A stretch of DNA of 64,000 bases from Coprothermobacterota bacterium. GTDB lineage: Bacteria; Coprothermobacterota; HKB111. Positions 56,263 through 64,000 of the stretch are shown piece after piece. A program made the position numbers and the translations under genes. Each line of letters opens with the position of its first letter. Position 1 is the stretch's first letter. The stretch is from the NCBI GenBank assembly GCA_037440465.1, contig JBBIUB010000002.1, positions 1 through 64,000 on the forward strand, given 5' to 3'. The notes under the pieces are model-generated. The model saw only the letters and a program-made list of their open reading frames with translations. It ran no database searches and had not been told where the DNA came from.

Positions 56263-58221
56263 ATGTGTCCTCCTGATGACCTGGAAGTAGAAAGGAAAGC
56301 ACCCGACTTGCGCTTAATAAAAAACCTTCTTGTATTTGCGCGTCCATATGTAAAAACGATACTTATTGCTTTTATTATTATTGCTCTTACCACAGGCCTG
56401 GAGCTTCTTTTACCTTACCTTATAAAGATAGGTATAGATAGGTATATTAATCCACATAAAATTATAGAAAAGGCAAGCTATTATGAAATTAGCTCAGAAA
56501 TCTTTCAGGAATTATCCAGTAAAGAACCATTTCTATTAATACGAATTGAAGAATCTCTTAAGCATGTAGAAGGAAAAATGTACTTACCTACTGAAGTACT
56601 TAACAGCCTGAGTAGTGCTGAGATATCAATATTAAGGCGTACAGACCTTTCCCGCATAAACTTGATAGCCCTGCTATTTTTATTAACTATCTCTTTGAAT
56701 TTCTTTTTGAACTACGCTCATATAATCATTTTAAATATTGCAAGCCAGAAGATTATTTACGACTTAAGAGTAAAAATATTTACTCATCTACAAGCTCTAC
56801 CCTTTGCTTTCTTTGATAGAAATCCGGTGGGAAGGTTGGTTACTAGAGTAACCAACGATACAGATGCCATTCAAGAAATGTTCAGCAATGTCATAATAGC
56901 CCTTTTAAAAGATTTTCTGCTGGTATTTGGAATTATTATTGTCATGATATCCTTAAATTTAAAATTAGGTATCGTTTCCATTTCATTACTGCCTTTGGTT
57001 ATTATCCTAACAGTAACATTCCGCTTGAAAGCTCGAGAAATTTATCGTATGGTCAGGACAAGACTTGCCAGAATCAATGCTTATATAGCAGAAAATATCT
57101 CAGGGATAAAGATAACCCAACTCTTCCTGCGAGAAAATGAAAACCTTAAAAGATTTAAGGTAATAAATAGTGATTACTACAAAGCTACTATACTCAATCT
57201 AAGGCTTAATTCTATCTATAGGCCCTTGATAAATGCTGTTAGCTCTCTAACCTTAGCTTTATTGATATATTATGGCGGAGGAGAAATAATAAAGGAAAAA
57301 GTAGAATTTGGTCTTCTCTTTGTCTTCATTTCCTATATTCAGACCCTTTTCAGACCTATCCAGGATATGGCAGAAAAATATGATTTACTTCAAGGTGCTA
57401 TGGCTTCTTCGGAGAGAGTTTTTGCTCTCCTTGGAGAATCTATTCCAATAACTGATATAAAAAATCCAATTTCTCTAAAGGAAGCTGTTGGTTCTATTGA
57501 AATAAAAGATGTTTGGTTCGCTTATGAAAAAGAAGATTGGGTTCTAAAAGGTGTCTCATTCAATGTACGACCTGGGGAAAGCGTAGGAATAGTTGGAATG
57601 ACAGGAGCTGGAAAAACATCAATAATCAATCTTCTATGTCGGTTTTACGAGCCACAGAAGGGTGAGATATTAATTGATGGCATTGACATCAAAAAGATTG
57701 CTCTAAAAGATCTAAGACACAACATCGCTGTGATACTACAGGATGTATTTTTATTTGCTACTGATATAAAAGGAAACATACGTCTTAACAACAGGGATAT
57801 TTCTGATGAAGAGGTCATGGAAGCAGCTTCCAGGGTACAAGCTCACAAATTTATTGAAGACTTACCTAACGGTTATAGCGAAAAAGTAGAAGAGGGAGGT
57901 TCAACTCTCTCCGCAGGTCAGAGACAGTTAATCTCCTTTGCAAGAGCCCTGGTTTTTAATCCTCGAGTCTTAATTTTAGACGAAGCTACATCTAATATAG
58001 ATTCGGCCACTGAAGTACTTATCACCGAAGCTCTAAAGGTCCTTATAAAAGGAAGAACCAGTATTATCATTGCACATCGTCTCTCAACCCTTGAAAATGT
58101 AGATAGAATAATAATCCTTAGTAAAGGTAAAATAGTGGAAACCGGAACACATAGAGAACTAATGGCTGCAAAAGGTCTATACTATCATCTTTATACCGTT
58201 CAAAAGATGCAGGTGGTATAA
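56263..58221 (+). CDS. ABC exporter permease+ATPase (heterodimer subunit B, MdlB-like)
   Basis: GMTGAGKT, LSAGQRQ, LDEATS, AHRLST; start set at ATG 56263 after GAGG. Confidence 0.9.
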   Translation: MCPPDDLEVERKAPDLRLIKNLLVFARPYVKTILIAFIIIALTTGLELLLPYLIKIGIDRYINPHKIIEKASYYEISSEIFQELSSKEPFLLIRIEESLKHVEGKMYLPTEVLNSLSSAEISILRRTDLSRINLIALLFLLTISLNFFLNYAHIIILNIASQKIIYDLRVKIFTHLQALPFAFFDRNPVGRLVTRVTNDTDAIQEMFSNVIIALLKDFLLVFGIIIVMISLNLKLGIVSISLLPLVIILTVTFRLKAREIYRMVRTRLARINAYIAENISGIKITQLFLRENENLKRFKVINSDYYKATILNLRLNSIYRPLINAVSSLTLALLIYYGGGEIIKEKVEFGLLFVFISYIQTLFRPIQDMAEKYDLLQGAMASSERVFALLGESIPITDIKNPISLKEAVGSIEIKDVWFAYEKEDWVLKGVSFNVRPGESVGIVGMTGAGKTSIINLLCRFYEPQKGEILIDGIDIKKIALKDLRHNIAVILQDVFLFATDIKGNIRLNNRDISDEEVMEAASRVQAHKFIEDLPNGYSEKVEEGGSTLSAGQRQLISFARALVFNPRVLILDEATSNIDSATEVLITEALKVLIKGRTSIIIAHRLSTLENVDRIIILSKGKIVETGTHRELMAAKGLYYHLYTVQKMQVV

Positions 58222-58223
58222 AA

Positions 58224-59204
58224 GTGAACTTTATTACAAAAATCCTTTTAAAAGGCCGTTCAATTAAAAATCCAGAAAGCAAGTCTATACTTGGCTACTG
58301 GGAAGCAGGAATAAGTATAGTACTTAACCTGATTATTTCCTTCGTTAAGTTCTACCTTGGTTTTTTAACAGGAAGTATTGCCTTAAAAGGAGATGCTCTC
58401 CACACTCTCTCAGATACCCTTACTTCGTTAGTGGTTTTAGTTGGTATAAAATTATCCTCTATACCTCCTGATAAGGAACATCCTCACGGTCATGGCCGCA
58501 TGGAATGGCTCTCCAGTTTAGCTATCGCTCTTCTTCTTGTTGTAACCGGAACAAGTTTATTCTTGACTTCCTATAAAAGAATCAGCTCACCATCAATACA
58601 AGAAATTCCGGGAACTATATTTATATTTATCCTTCTATTCTTTTCTCTTCTAAAAGAGCTCCTGTTCCGCTTATCCTTTTTCTGGGGAAAAAACGCAGAA
58701 ATCAGCTCTCTTATAGGTGATGCTTACCACCATAGAACCGATGCATTTGCTTCTCTTTTGGTAATTACAGGCCTTTTACTTCAGAGGTTCAATTTCATTT
58801 TCTTAGATGGTGTCCTTGGTATAATAATATCCTTTTTCATAATAAAGGTTGGTTTTGATATAGTCCTATCTTCAACAAGCCTTCTTTTAGGGAAGAAAGG
58901 TAATGCTACAGACTTAGAAATAATTGAAGAGTTGGTTTTCGAAATCAACGGTGTAAAAGAAGTTCATAAGATAGAAATACACGATTTTGGTAATTTCAAA
59001 GATATTTCCCTCCATATACTCTTGAATGGCAAAATTCCCCTTGACGAAGCTCACAATATTGCCCAAGAAGTTGAAGATAAGATCAAAAAGGTGTTTTTCC
59101 TTTCCCATATAACTGTCCACACAGAACCTTACAATTTAAAACAGGATTCAAGGAGTCAAGGGGTCGGGGGGTCGAGCGAAAACCACAACATTTTATTGGA
59201 CTAA
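58224..59204 (+). CDS. Cation diffusion facilitator (FieF-like)
   Basis: DALHTLSD, HPHGHGR.E, DAYHHRTD, AH, HTEP. Confidence 0.92.
   Translation: MNFITKILLKGRSIKNPESKSILGYWEAGISIVLNLIISFVKFYLGFLTGSIALKGDALHTLSDTLTSLVVLVGIKLSSIPPDKEHPHGHGRMEWLSSLAIALLLVVTGTSLFLTSYKRISSPSIQEIPGTIFIFILLFFSLLKELLFRLSFFWGKNAEISSLIGDAYHHRTDAFASLLVITGLLLQRFNFIFLDGVLGIIISFFIIKVGFDIVLSSTSLLLGKKGNATDLEIIEELVFEINGVKEVHKIEIHDFGNFKDISLHILLNGKIPLDEAHNIAQEVEDKIKKVFFLSHITVHTEPYNLKQDSRSQGVGGSSENHNILLD
59144..59181 (+). repeat. Octamer array inside the 3' end of the CDF gene
   Basis: GGATTCAA GGAGTCAA GGGGTCGG GGGGTCGA GCGAAA. Confidence 0.7.
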
Positions 59205-59243
59205 GTCTTATAATATTAAAAACTCGCCTTGGAGGTATTTAAA

Positions 59244-60053
59244 ATGAAATTCTATATATCTATTGATTGGGAAGGCATTTCAGGAGTTGTATCCTGGGAA
59301 CAGCAGGATGATATAAAATCCCCATCCTACTTAGAAACAAGGAAGAGGATGACCCGAGAAGCTAATGCTGTTATTGAAGGCCTTTTTGAAGGAGGAGCTT
59401 CTTATGTTTTAATAAACGATTCTCATGGCTATATGACAAATATTCTCATAGATGAATTAGATCCAAGAGCTGAGCTAATTATGGGCTCTCCAAAACCGTA
59501 CTCCATGGTAGAAGGTTTGAACTCGGAATTTGATGGAGCAATCCTGTTGGGTTACCACCCGCGAGCAGGAACAGAAAAAGGTATCTTAGACCATACTTAT
59601 TCTAGTGCAAGTATATATGAACTGAGAGTCAATGGTGAACCATTTTCGGAAGGAGACTTGAATGGATGTTATGCAGGTTCTCTGGGAGTTCCCATAGTAT
59701 TAGTCTCTGGCGATAGGGCTGCAGTTAATGACCTCCAAAAAAGGTTTAAAGGAGCTTTAGGAGTGATAACAAAAGTTGCTGTTAGCAGAAGTGCTGCTCG
59801 TTTAATACATCCACAAAAAGCTTATGAAGAGTTAAAGAACAAAGCCAGACAAGTAGTAAGCTTAACACCCACAATTTTACCAGTAACACCTAAACATCCA
59901 ATAACCTTAGAGATAGATTTTGTTAACTCCCAAAAAGCTGAAAGTGCCACAATTCTTCCTGAATCAGAAAGAATGGGTCCAAGGACTGTTAAGATAACTG
60001 CCCCTGATATGGTAACAGCTTACCGTAGATTTCTCGTTCTCCTCAGGTTATAA
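59244..60053 (+). CDS. dppA: M55 family D-aminopeptidase (DppA-like)
   Basis: SIDWEG, NDSH, GYH, DHT, SGD; start set after GGAGG. Confidence 0.88.
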   Translation: MKFYISIDWEGISGVVSWEQQDDIKSPSYLETRKRMTREANAVIEGLFEGGASYVLINDSHGYMTNILIDELDPRAELIMGSPKPYSMVEGLNSEFDGAILLGYHPRAGTEKGILDHTYSSASIYELRVNGEPFSEGDLNGCYAGSLGVPIVLVSGDRAAVNDLQKRFKGALGVITKVAVSRSAARLIHPQKAYEELKNKARQVVSLTPTILPVTPKHPITLEIDFVNSQKAESATILPESERMGPRTVKITAPDMVTAYRRFLVLLRL

Positions 60054-60079
60054 CAAGTGTAAGTTAGTGAGAGATAATT

Positions 60080-60826
60080 ATGGCTATTTTCGAATTTGAC
60101 AAGGTTTTCAATCCTGAAGATTATTTTTATATCTATTCTCCAATGATCACCATTGAGAGGAGCTTGCTACAGGCTGATTTCATCATTCAAGCTCTTGAAC
60201 TCGTAAAAGGAGTAAAAGTACTGGACCTTTGTTGTGGCCATGGACGTATAAGCAATCTTTTAGCTGAAAGAGGTTATGCCATTGTGGGGTTAGATGCCTC
60301 AAATAGCTTCCTCAAGATTGCCAGAGAAGAGGCTAAGAAACTCAGATTAAAGATAACTTATCTACAAGGAGATATGAGGAAAATCCCCTTCAAAGAAGAA
60401 TTTGACGCAATCATAAATATCTTTACTAGCTTCGGTTATTTCTCCGATGAAGAGAACTCCAAGGTTCTAAAAGGGGTAAGCAAAGCACTGAAACCTGAAG
60501 GTAAATTTCTAATTGATGTAGTGAACAGAGATTGGGTGCTTAAAAATTTTCTACCTTACATAGCATCACCACGGGGAGAGGATTATGTGGTAGAAATAAA
60601 CACTTTTGATGCCCTCACCTCCATTAATCTGACGGAAAGGATATTGTTTAAGGAAGGTAAGGTCAAAAAAACAAAATTCTTCGTCAGAATGTATACTTAT
60701 ACAGAATTAAAATATCTCCTGTCCCAGGTAGGCTTAAGGGTTATAGCCTCCTACGGCGGATTTAAAATGGAAGAGCCATTTTCTTTGGACTCCAGAAGGA
60801 TGATATTAATCTCCCAAAAGGAGTAA
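60080..60826 (+). CDS. Class I SAM-dependent methyltransferase
   Basis: VLDLCCGHGR, GDMR, FTSFGYF, LKPEG. Confidence 0.9.
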   Translation: MAIFEFDKVFNPEDYFYIYSPMITIERSLLQADFIIQALELVKGVKVLDLCCGHGRISNLLAERGYAIVGLDASNSFLKIAREEAKKLRLKITYLQGDMRKIPFKEEFDAIINIFTSFGYFSDEENSKVLKGVSKALKPEGKFLIDVVNRDWVLKNFLPYIASPRGEDYVVEINTFDALTSINLTERILFKEGKVKKTKFFVRMYTYTELKYLLSQVGLRVIASYGGFKMEEPFSLDSRRMILISQKE

Positions 60827-60855
60827 AAAATCCTAAGAATTAAAACTGAGGAAGT

Positions 60856-61662
60856 TTAATTTAATACTGAACCAACAAGTTCCTTAAGCTTATGAATACT
60901 ATCCTTAAGTTCTTTTAATGGATCTTTAAAAGAAAAAATCTCTAATATAGCAGTGCCTTTAAACCCTTTAAGGAAATCTCTGTATTCTTCATAAGGGATA
61001 GAACCCTGCCCTACTGGTAGATGTTCATCAGCAAAACCATGGTTATCATGAAGATGGAGGTGAACTATGTCATCTTTTAAAATATCAAGACTTTCCTTAA
61101 TATCTTTTGCTATATATCCATGTCCAAAATCAAAGGTAACTTTTAAATTAGAATCATAAGTAGAAAGTAGTTTTTTCATCTTATCGGGTTTGTTCACCAC
61201 CCAGGTATTCTCTACACCCAGATTCTCCACAGCCAGAATAATCCTATATTTTGAGCTAACTTCATTAAGTTCCGAAAGTAACTTTTCCATTCTTTCTCGT
61301 GCAGCATTTAATATTGGCCCATAAGAAATGGGTGCAGAGGCGGGGTGAAATACAGCTACTTTTGCGCCTACCTCTGAAGCAAATTCGAGGGCTATTAAAT
61401 TTTCTTCCCGTGTTAACTTATAAATTCCATCATTTAAACTTCCGGTGTTGAGGTCTAATGCTGGAAGATGAATAGATAAATCCACTCCTTCTTGATCTTT
61501 AACTATACGAATATCTCTGGCTTTTTCTTTGAAGGGAGTATCTCCAAAAAAGAGAAAATCACCAAAAATCTCCACTAATCCAACGCCCAGTTTCCTGGCT
61601 TCTCGGATAGCTTCTGTAACCTTAAGATGTCCTGTAGCAAGTGCAGAAACTCCTAACTTCAT
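60856..61662 (-). CDS. Sugar phosphate isomerase/epimerase (AP endonuclease 2 TIM barrel) family
   Basis: VEN, FDFGH, HLHDN, DEHLPVGQG, LE. Confidence 0.88.
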   Translation of the reverse strand: MKLGVSALATGHLKVTEAIREARKLGVGLVEIFGDFLFFGDTPFKEKARDIRIVKDQEGVDLSIHLPALDLNTGSLNDGIYKLTREENLIALEFASEVGAKVAVFHPASAPISYGPILNAARERMEKLLSELNEVSSKYRIILAVENLGVENTWVVNKPDKMKKLLSTYDSNLKVTFDFGHGYIAKDIKESLDILKDDIVHLHLHDNHGFADEHLPVGQGSIPYEEYRDFLKGFKGTAILEIFSFKDPLKELKDSIHKLKELVGSVLN

Positions 61663-61702
61663 TGAAATATCCTCCTTTTTAGTGTGGGTTTTATCCTGAA
61701 TC

Positions 61703-61791
61703 TGGTGCCGGGGGTGGGAATCGAACCCACACGAGGTTTACCCTCAGCGGATTTTAAGTCCGCTGCGTCTGCCTAATTCCGCCACCCCGGC
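61703..61791 (-). tRNA. tRNA-Leu (TAA)
   Basis: Long variable arm, anticodon loop CTTAAAA, CCA. Confidence 0.96.
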
Positions 61792-61797
61792 TATTGG

Positions 61798-61873
61798 TGG
61801 AGGCGAGGGCCGGATTTGAACCGGCGAATAGCGATTTTGCAGACCGCCGCCTTAGCCACTTGGCTACCTCGCC
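61798..61873 (-). tRNA. tRNA-Cys (GCA)
   Basis: Anticodon loop CTGCAAA, U discriminator, CCA. Confidence 0.96.
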
Positions 61874-61924
61874 TTCTTCCTTATAATTATATACTAAAAC
61901 TCCAAAATCACTGACAATTTTTCA

Positions 61925-62199
61925 GGTGTAAGCGTCCATAACCTAATGGACTTTTGAGCATCTTGAATAAAGGTATCTATATAATACCTTAAGGGAGATA
62001 AACCAGCAAGGGATTTATGGGGCTTTTTGGTGTTGTACCAGATAAGATACTCCAGCAAGCCTTTGTTGAATTCTTCGGTATCATAGAGCTCATTTAAGTG
62101 TTAGTTAACCTACTGTTCCTGTAAGGTTCTGTGGAATCTTTTAATATGAGCGTTACTCTGGGGATGTCTGGGGTAATTATGGAAGTGTAGGAACTCCAT
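61925..62199 (-). pseudogene. Relic of an IS481-like integrase-core transposase C-terminus
   Basis: Translates as NYPRHPQSNAHIKRFHRTLQEQ*VN*...EYLIWYNTKKPHKSLAGLSP...LWTLT; two stops; 5' part absent. Confidence 0.75.
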
Positions 62200-62383
62200 G
62201 ATACAGAGTCTCTCCAATACAACCTGTCTTTGAGGATTCTCTTCATTGTTCAGGAGCTTCTTGAGCTTCCTTAAGTTACTGTATAAAAGGAGAGACGAGA
62301 GATTGGTATTCCAATATGTTTCAAAACTTCTGCAGGAAGTGGGTCATTTCAGCATTATGGTTGGTTCAAGGTCTAAAAAGAAT

Positions 62384-62410
62384 AGATCCTGAAATAAATT
62401 CAGGATGACA
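62384..62410. repeat. REP/RPE-like palindrome
   Basis: ATCCTGAA-ATAAA-TTCAGGAT followed by GACA. Confidence 0.5.
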
Positions 62411-62565
62411 ACAATAAAATATATTCCGCTTATCATCATTTCTTAAAAGGCAGAGAAAGTGTGGGAGTGTAATTATGTGTATTATTAAATAGTTGAGGTT
62501 AGCCCGTAGGTTGATAATTAAATTACCTTAAACTTCAGAAAAATGGTAAAAAAGGGAGGAAAAGG

Positions 62566-62967
62566 ATGGTTGCGTTAGAAATTTTTTTAAATACCACCAC
62601 CCGTACCGAGGCAGTGGACATAACCCCCAGAATAGAGGCGATACTGGAGCGTGAAATGGTAAAGGAGGGTCTATGTTTCATATATGTCCCCCACACTACT
62701 GCTGCAATCACTATAAACGAAAATGCTGATCCCTCGGTGATGAAAGACTTCATGCAGAAAATGGAAGAGTTGGTACCATGGACAGCTAAATATTCACATA
62801 CTGAAAGTAACTCTGCGGCTCATATCAAAGCCATTCTTTGTGGTAGTAGTGTTACGGTGGTAATAAAGGGTGGAGAGCTCTTGTTGGGTCGGTGGCAGGG
62901 TGTATTCTTTATGGAATTTGATGGACCAAGAAAACGAAAAGTATATATAAAAATAATAAAGGGATAA
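62566..62967 (+). CDS. yjbQ: YjbQ / UPF0047 family protein
   Basis: HTTAAITINENADP, H...NSAAHIKA, LGRWQG...EFDGPR. Confidence 0.9.
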   Translation: MVALEIFLNTTTRTEAVDITPRIEAILEREMVKEGLCFIYVPHTTAAITINENADPSVMKDFMQKMEELVPWTAKYSHTESNSAAHIKAILCGSSVTVVIKGGELLLGRWQGVFFMEFDGPRKRKVYIKIIKG

Positions 62968-62990
62968 CCCTTTAATTTTTATTAGGGGTT
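62966..62990. terminator. Possible bidirectional terminator between yjbQ and tRNA-Gly
   Basis: AACCCTTTAAT / ATTAGGGGTT imperfect stem between convergent genes. Confidence 0.4.
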
Positions 62991-62996
62991 TAAAAT

Positions 62997-63071
62997 TGGA
63001 GCGGGAAACGGGATTCGAACCCGCGACCCTCAGCTTGGGAAGCTGATGCTCTACCGCTAAGCTACTCCCGC
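62997..63071 (-). tRNA. tRNA-Gly (CCC)
   Basis: Anticodon loop TTCCCAA, U discriminator, CCA. Confidence 0.96.
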
Positions 63072-63079
63072 ACAATAGA

Positions 63080-63155
63080 TGGTGCCGAGGGACGGAATTG
63101 AACCGCCGACGCAGGGATTTTCAGTCCCTCGCTCTACCGACTGAGCTACCTCGGC
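63080..63155 (-). tRNA. tRNA-Phe (GAA)
   Basis: Anticodon loop CTGAAAA, CCA. Confidence 0.97.
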
Positions 63156-63165
63156 AACATTAGTT

Positions 63166-63193
63166 ATTATAACATCTCATAACAATATTTCAA
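63166..63193 (-). promoter_or_regulatory. Promoter of tRNA-Phe/Gly
   Basis: TTGAAA-N16-TATAAT with TG extension, about 10 nt upstream of tRNA-Phe. Confidence 0.5.
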
Positions 63194-63235
63194 GCACGAT
63201 GTTAAATTATAAAAATTGATGGATAATTGATGCTA

Positions 63236-63493
63236 CTATTTATCTATAATTTTATAAACTATATCCTCCTCCATCACTCTTTCTTCCACTTTAAGACCAA
63301 AAGAATCACCAACTTTAACTTCATCAATGTTTTTATGCTCTATTTGCATAGAAGTAATAACCTGAGTAAGATCTGTTCTTCTGCCTTCTATCCGAATAGT
63401 ATCACCTAACTTTAATGGAACATACAATACATCTACTACAGCTACCCCAATCCGGTTGAAATAATGTTTAACCTTGCCAGCTTTTACCTCCAT
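63236..63493 (-). CDS. Small translation-factor beta-barrel-like protein (EF-Tu domain II / U32 C-terminal-like)
   Basis: GKVKHYF.RIGVA, L..GD.I.I.G, SMQIEH, GD..GLKV; GGAGG RBS. Confidence 0.65.
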   Translation of the reverse strand: MEVKAGKVKHYFNRIGVAVVDVLYVPLKLGDTIRIEGRRTDLTQVITSMQIEHKNIDEVKVGDSFGLKVEERVMEEDIVYKIIDK

Positions 63494-63528
63494 AATATTA
63501 CCTCCCTCTACGCTCTTCTAAAAAAGAG

Positions 63529-63978
63529 TTAAAATAGCTTTCTTACCATCATGCAGATAGCAGGATGGTATGTTTGAAGAATTTCTCCGCCCTTCCCATT
63601 AACTTTCTCGCATTTTTTTAGACTTGACTCCCAGGTTTTTAATAACTCTTTTACCTCTAAACCTTTTTCTGCCACTTCCCTCATACCTGAGCTCCATTGC
63701 AACTCATAAGGAAGCTCAATGACTAACCTTAAATCACCATGACCTGTTATCTCTATATCTATTAAATTATCAAACTCCTTCCTAAGAGCTTCTGTTAGTA
63801 TAACTGCAAGGTTTTTTGGTATTTGCTGATATAATTTATCTTGATACATACCAGCTCTATTCTCTCTTTTAGACCGCTTCAGGAGCGTAACTCTATCTAT
63901 AATTCCTTCTTCAATTGTAGGGTCATAACCATTTTCTTCTATCTCGTAAGAAATTCCCAGGATATCAACAGTTTTCAT
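63529..63978 (-). CDS. Hypothetical protein
   Basis: 149-codon ORF with GAGG RBS; no family recognised. Confidence 0.6.
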   Translation of the reverse strand: MKTVDILGISYEIEENGYDPTIEEGIIDRVTLLKRSKRENRAGMYQDKLYQQIPKNLAVILTEALRKEFDNLIDIEITGHGDLRLVIELPYELQWSSGMREVAEKGLEVKELLKTWESSLKKCEKVNGKGGEILQTYHPAICMMVRKLF

Positions 63979-64000
63979 AAACCCTCCTTATTTTATTATA

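Noticed and set aside
61792..61800. tRNA-Cys gene followed by CCACCA
   Set aside because: The second CCA is part of the 6-nt spacer before tRNA-Leu; probably coincidental.
62200..62340. Possible further gene fragment beside the IS relic
   Set aside because: The frames I translated gave nothing recognisable.
62794..63075. 93 aa ORF on the - strand
   Set aside because: Runs through tRNA-Gly and antisense to yjbQ.

Overview
AT-rich bacterial chromosome segment, probably from an anaerobe. Lineage is not determinable, but it has Bacillota/Thermotogota-like traits such as an L27 N-terminal extension with Prp and a short EF-Ts. Almost all genes in 1-50.6 kb are on the minus strand. Housekeeping content: thyX, rho, mreBCD-mrdA-rodA, valS, rpsB-tsf-pyrH-frr-cdsA-rseP-ispG, rplU-prp-rpmA and seven tRNAs. 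An rnfCDGEAB operon is preceded by a DRTGG / CBS-kinase / [FeFe]-hydrogenase-like / DRTGG / PHP module and followed by AmmeMemoRadiSam, ApbE, NusG-II and Gx-transporter genes. The best candidate for an undescribed system is a ~12 kb operon (50638->38554): class III CoA-transferase, nitrilase-family amidase, YahE/F/G-type (AllH/F/G-like) complex, cyclase-family hydrolase, three-subunit Mo-hydroxylase and NCS2 permease, followed by mocA/xdhC. I infer an oxygen-independent, carbamoyl-phosphate-yielding oxidative nucleobase pathway, possibly for pyrimidines. Also present: a TIM-barrel/PanB/class III aminotransferase operon, a GGQ-less aeRF1-like protein, a Lon-like protease, ABC exporters, an IS481-like relic and dispersed degenerate octamer repeats. 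All calls are by eye from motifs; no searches were run.
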